Positions 60,291-64,000 of a DNA stretch of 64,000 nucleotides are shown here, piece by piece. The notes under the pieces are model-generated. The model did no database searches, had not been told where the DNA came from, and was given only the letters and a program-made list of their open reading frames with translations. Source of the stretch: Schmidtea polychroa (lineage: Eukaryota); assembly GCA_044892525.1 (NCBI GenBank), contig CM097885.1:38628001-38692000 (forward strand), in the 5' to 3' direction. The stretch's first letter is position 1, and each line of letters begins with the position of its first letter. Position numbers and translations under genes: made by a program.

Positions 60291-61885
60291 ATTTAATTTA
60301 CATATACTCTAATTTACTATCTTCCCAGAAGTCTTTAAATATATATTAAATTCTGAAACTATTTACTTATTATTTTGCATTAAATGTTTAGCTAGAATAA
60401 AAAGATTGGATAATTTTTATGAATGAAAAAAGTACTCTCGTGTGGAAGCAAATATCTTGGGAAAAAAATTCTCATTTAAGGAAATATTCACTGACAAGCA
60501 GAGAATAAACACTAAAAACGGAATTGCATACTAAAAAGTATGAAATACAATTTGAAGAATGAAAATATCCACGTAAAAGAGAAAATATTCATTGAAAAGA
60601 TTGAATACCCACTGAAAAAAAGAAAAAAACAAATAGCTTTGAGCTCAATTTTATCTTGTTCACTTTGCGTTTACAGATACTGGATAAGCCGCAGACGTTT
60701 CTTAATCTCGGTCGGCGTAAACCGAGTACTCTCCATTTCTCTGCATCGGCCCTTGAGTTTGGTCCCCCAACAGCATCTTTTGCGCAGTTTCCTTGTCGGC
60801 CCTTAGGTTTGCTTTTAACTTCATATATAAATTAATACGATTAAGTTTCTGTTTCAATAGTAATATATTATATTAGATCCATCCACGTGGGTATAGCAGA
60901 TAATTATTTATTTCTTTTTCTATTTTTCTAGAAGCAATTTTGTGCCCCCATGATCCCGCATCCCGGGTTCCTGTCCCTCCTTACTCCTGTCCCCTTTGTT
61001 TCGCCACTGTAATCAATGATAATAAAGAATACGTATCAACAAATAATTCCCGTGTATCTAATATATGTATTATATATTATTATTTTGATCATTTTTTTAT
61101 TAATACATGTTTGTCACATTATATTTTTGAAGAAAAAAATGTCCATAAACTATTTGACTTGTACGCGATTTAATGTGGTAAATTACAATTTCACTATATT
61201 TTGATACGTTTTTGTCTATTTTGAACTGAATTTGCCAATAATCCACTTTTGCTGACAGTTTCGTAACGCGACAAAACAATCTAATAATATAGGAATAATT
61301 TTAAAATGTAAATTTATAAAAATGTAATAATTATGATTTGTTTTGAATATAAAAATTCTATTTTTAAAATATCCGATGCAGAAAATTGACATTGCTTGTC
61401 TTTAGAATAATTTAAATGAGAATAATTTTTTATTTAAATCAATCTAATACCATACATTTCTAAATTTCTAATCATTTCCCAAATGGCATTACCAACTGGA
61501 CCATTTTAAAATACCATTTTTCTATTTTCAATAAATTTCCAAAACAGCCGCTCTCTCATTGATCAGCATCATTTGCATGTGCAGCAGTGAAGTGTGCGCA
61601 CACATTTCTCTTTCGAAGGCAGAAATTCACAGGCTCTTCGAGCTTGTCTAAGAATTACATTGAAAATAAATTTGTGCCGAACGTTCTGTTTATCGATTTG
61701 TATACATTTTTAATTTCCCAATTTCGGTACCTGTATAGCATGCACACTTGTGTTATTCTTAAGAAAAAAAGACCAACACGAAGTCAAGTGTGTTAGTCAA
61801 AATCTTTTAAGCACAAATCACTGTTTTAAATATTTAGAAATAAAATCTTTCATTTTCAACAAATAAAACAGTCACTAATTTTAAT

Positions 61886-62822
61886 ATGAACTCTGAAGAT
61901 TCAAATCTTTCAAACGGAAATATTGTCAACGCACAGATCAACCACGTAGCTTCATTTAGTAGACCAAAAGGACAAGGCGGCGTTCAAAGCCAATATGAAT
62001 CGAAAGAGTTTGAAGCACCACGGTTTCTATCGAATTTAGAAAATGAAATAACTGTCAATGAAGAAGATCCAATAAGACTTTCCAGTCAAGTTTCACCAGC
62101 AGGAGATAATTCTCTTTCTGTTGAATGGTTAAAAGACGGAAGACCACTTTTAACAGGTAATAAAATTATAAACTCAATAGTTAACATTTAATCAACAAAG
62201 GAACAAGATTTAGTACTGTTTTCGAAAGAGGATATGTGGTGCTCGATATCCTATACTCAATTGAAGAAGATAGTGGCGTCTATGTTTGCGTTGCTAAAAG
62301 CAAATCTGGGCAAAATCAAAGCAACCCTGCCACTGTACGGTTGGTAAAATGAGTTATCTAAAGACAATTTATAATTTCATGTATTTCAGAGTAATACCCG
62401 AAGCTAAAGTGGATAATAATGTAAATTTCATCGAGAATCAACACATTCAACAAGATGAAAATGAGCCTCAATATCCTGATAAACATGAATCATCGCAGTC
62501 CCCATATTTTTCGAAAGATCTAGAGTCTAATATTACTGTTAATCAAGGAGGTGCGGCGCATTTGGAAACTATTGTTGATCCACGAAACGATGTAACGTTA
62601 ACCGTTGATTGGCATAAAAACGGTCAATCAATGTCATTGGGTACCTTGTGACATACTTGTATTCTTGATAATTTAATTTATAGGAAGCCGGTTCAATGCG
62701 GTATTTGATCGAGGATACTGTGCCCTCGATATTCTGTATACATATCCTGAAGATGATGGAGTTTACACGTGTGTTGCTAAAAATAATTGTGGAGAAACTG
62801 AAAGTAGTCATTCACAAATAAC
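61886..62822 (+). CDS. Kettin/titin-like Ig I-set repeat protein, first visible exons (61886-62156, 62201-62339, 62390-62640, 62684-62822); continues beyond a downstream intron
   Basis: Two I-set domains: APRFL...VEWLKDGRPLLTGTRF...GYVVLDILYSIEEDSGVYVCVA and PYF...VDWHKNGQSMSLGSRF...GYCALDILYTYPEDDGVYTCVAKN. This is the signature of invertebrate kettin/sallimus Ig repeats. The introns are 43-50 nt and in frame. Confidence 0.85.
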
Positions 62823-64000
62823 GTAAGTTCATAAGGATGATATAAAAAGATTATATTTTAACGGGAAAATTATATACAAACTCATTAAAATTAAAAATTA
62901 TTATTATATTTTCTAAAGTGCTTCTTGTGCCACTTTTCTAACTTTATGCATAGAAAAAGCTATCCATCTCATTCTTGTTTAAATATACATTATTGACGTG
63001 TGCATTGCCAAATGTGAATTCGCTTGACGCTACGTTAAATGCTTAAATTGCAGAAAAATATGCAGGAAAAAACATTGCTCGCCGCCTGCCAACTCACTGG
63101 TAATATGCAGTCAGAAGCACGTGAATAATAAAGCTCAATCTGATATTATAAAATGTTTTACATATTGTAAATTGAACTCATTTGGAGTAGACGAGTTGAA
63201 AATATCATTTACTAGTATTTATTTGTGTAAAATATATTATTATTATATTACTAAATATAAATGTTTTATTATTTATTCTTATGGGAAAAATTTTGAAATT
63301 ATATTTACTAAAAATTTGTTGAACATTTTCAAAAGTGATTTTTAAAGAAGTTTCTTTGCGACCCCTTAATAAAATTCTGTTTCCACTGCGAAAGTCTATT
63401 TTTGTTATGATTCAATGGATTAAACTTGTTTAAAATTGGTGAATAACTACAAATATTTTATCTCATTTTTCCTTTTTCAAATCGTTTCAGTCTGTAATTT
63501 AAGAGATTATGCGGTAATCTACAATGATAAATGATGAATTGTGCGCTAGCAGAGAGGAGGGGGTAAACCATTCTGTAAGTCGTCCAGATTAAGAGCTTGG
63601 GTTTATTGGGTAAAAATTGTATATAAATATTATAATGTAAACAAATGCTTCTACTAAATATCCATCTATCAGTGGAAATTTCGCATCAAAATTTATTCAG
63701 GTCAAGTAGCTAGAGACTCGGAGACCCATAACACAATAACGTATTAAAAGCCTTCCGGTTGCCTATTTTCTCCAATTCATTACTTAAATAGATTAACCTA
63801 AAACAATATTTTTTGATGGTGTGATACAAAGAAAATATTTATTTTTATTTAAAAGTTATGAAATTGTATGATGTAACTATCAGTAACAAAATCGACCCCC
63901 GAATGGCGCAGTTAATTGGCCCCTTGTTATTCAGAATCATGTTATACGAGACTTAGAATTTTGGAAGAAAATTAAATTTTCAAAAGATATATTCCAAATT

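Noticed and set aside
60930..61010. Isolated hAT-like right end (...TTCGCCACTG)
   Set aside because: No matching left end or TSD was found nearby, so no element could be delimited.

Overview
AT-rich, transposon-dense animal genomic DNA with spliceosomal GT-AG introns that are either ~44-85 nt or several kb long; a flatworm-like invertebrate is only a guess. Four host genes can be modelled by hand: an FCP1/CTDP1-type RNA Pol II CTD phosphatase (11102-13623, +), Polo-like kinase 4 (19672-42204, +, 8 exons, ~818 aa), a small 4-exon orphan gene (54913-55616, -) and the first visible exons of a kettin/titin-like Ig-repeat gene (61886 onward, +). The rest is mostly mobile DNA: a nearly intact Penelope-like retroelement (RT plus GIY-YIG), many hAT, piggyBac, pogo/Tigger and Merlin relics and MITEs, a non-autonomous Helitron and long solo-LTR-like elements, several of them nested. 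The standout is a 10.65-kb element with no credible ORF in the last PLK4 intron (30425-41072). It has AGTAG...CTACT termini, a perfect 6-bp target duplication (ATTATA) and 3.3-3.7-kb terminal inverted repeats built from tandem-repeat modules. These include a strand-asymmetric satellite with telomere-like polarity. It is best read as a non-autonomous Polinton/Maverick-type element with unusually long TIRs, nested in a hAT MITE that is itself nested in a pogo/Tigger relic. All calls come from manual reading and translation; no database searches were run.
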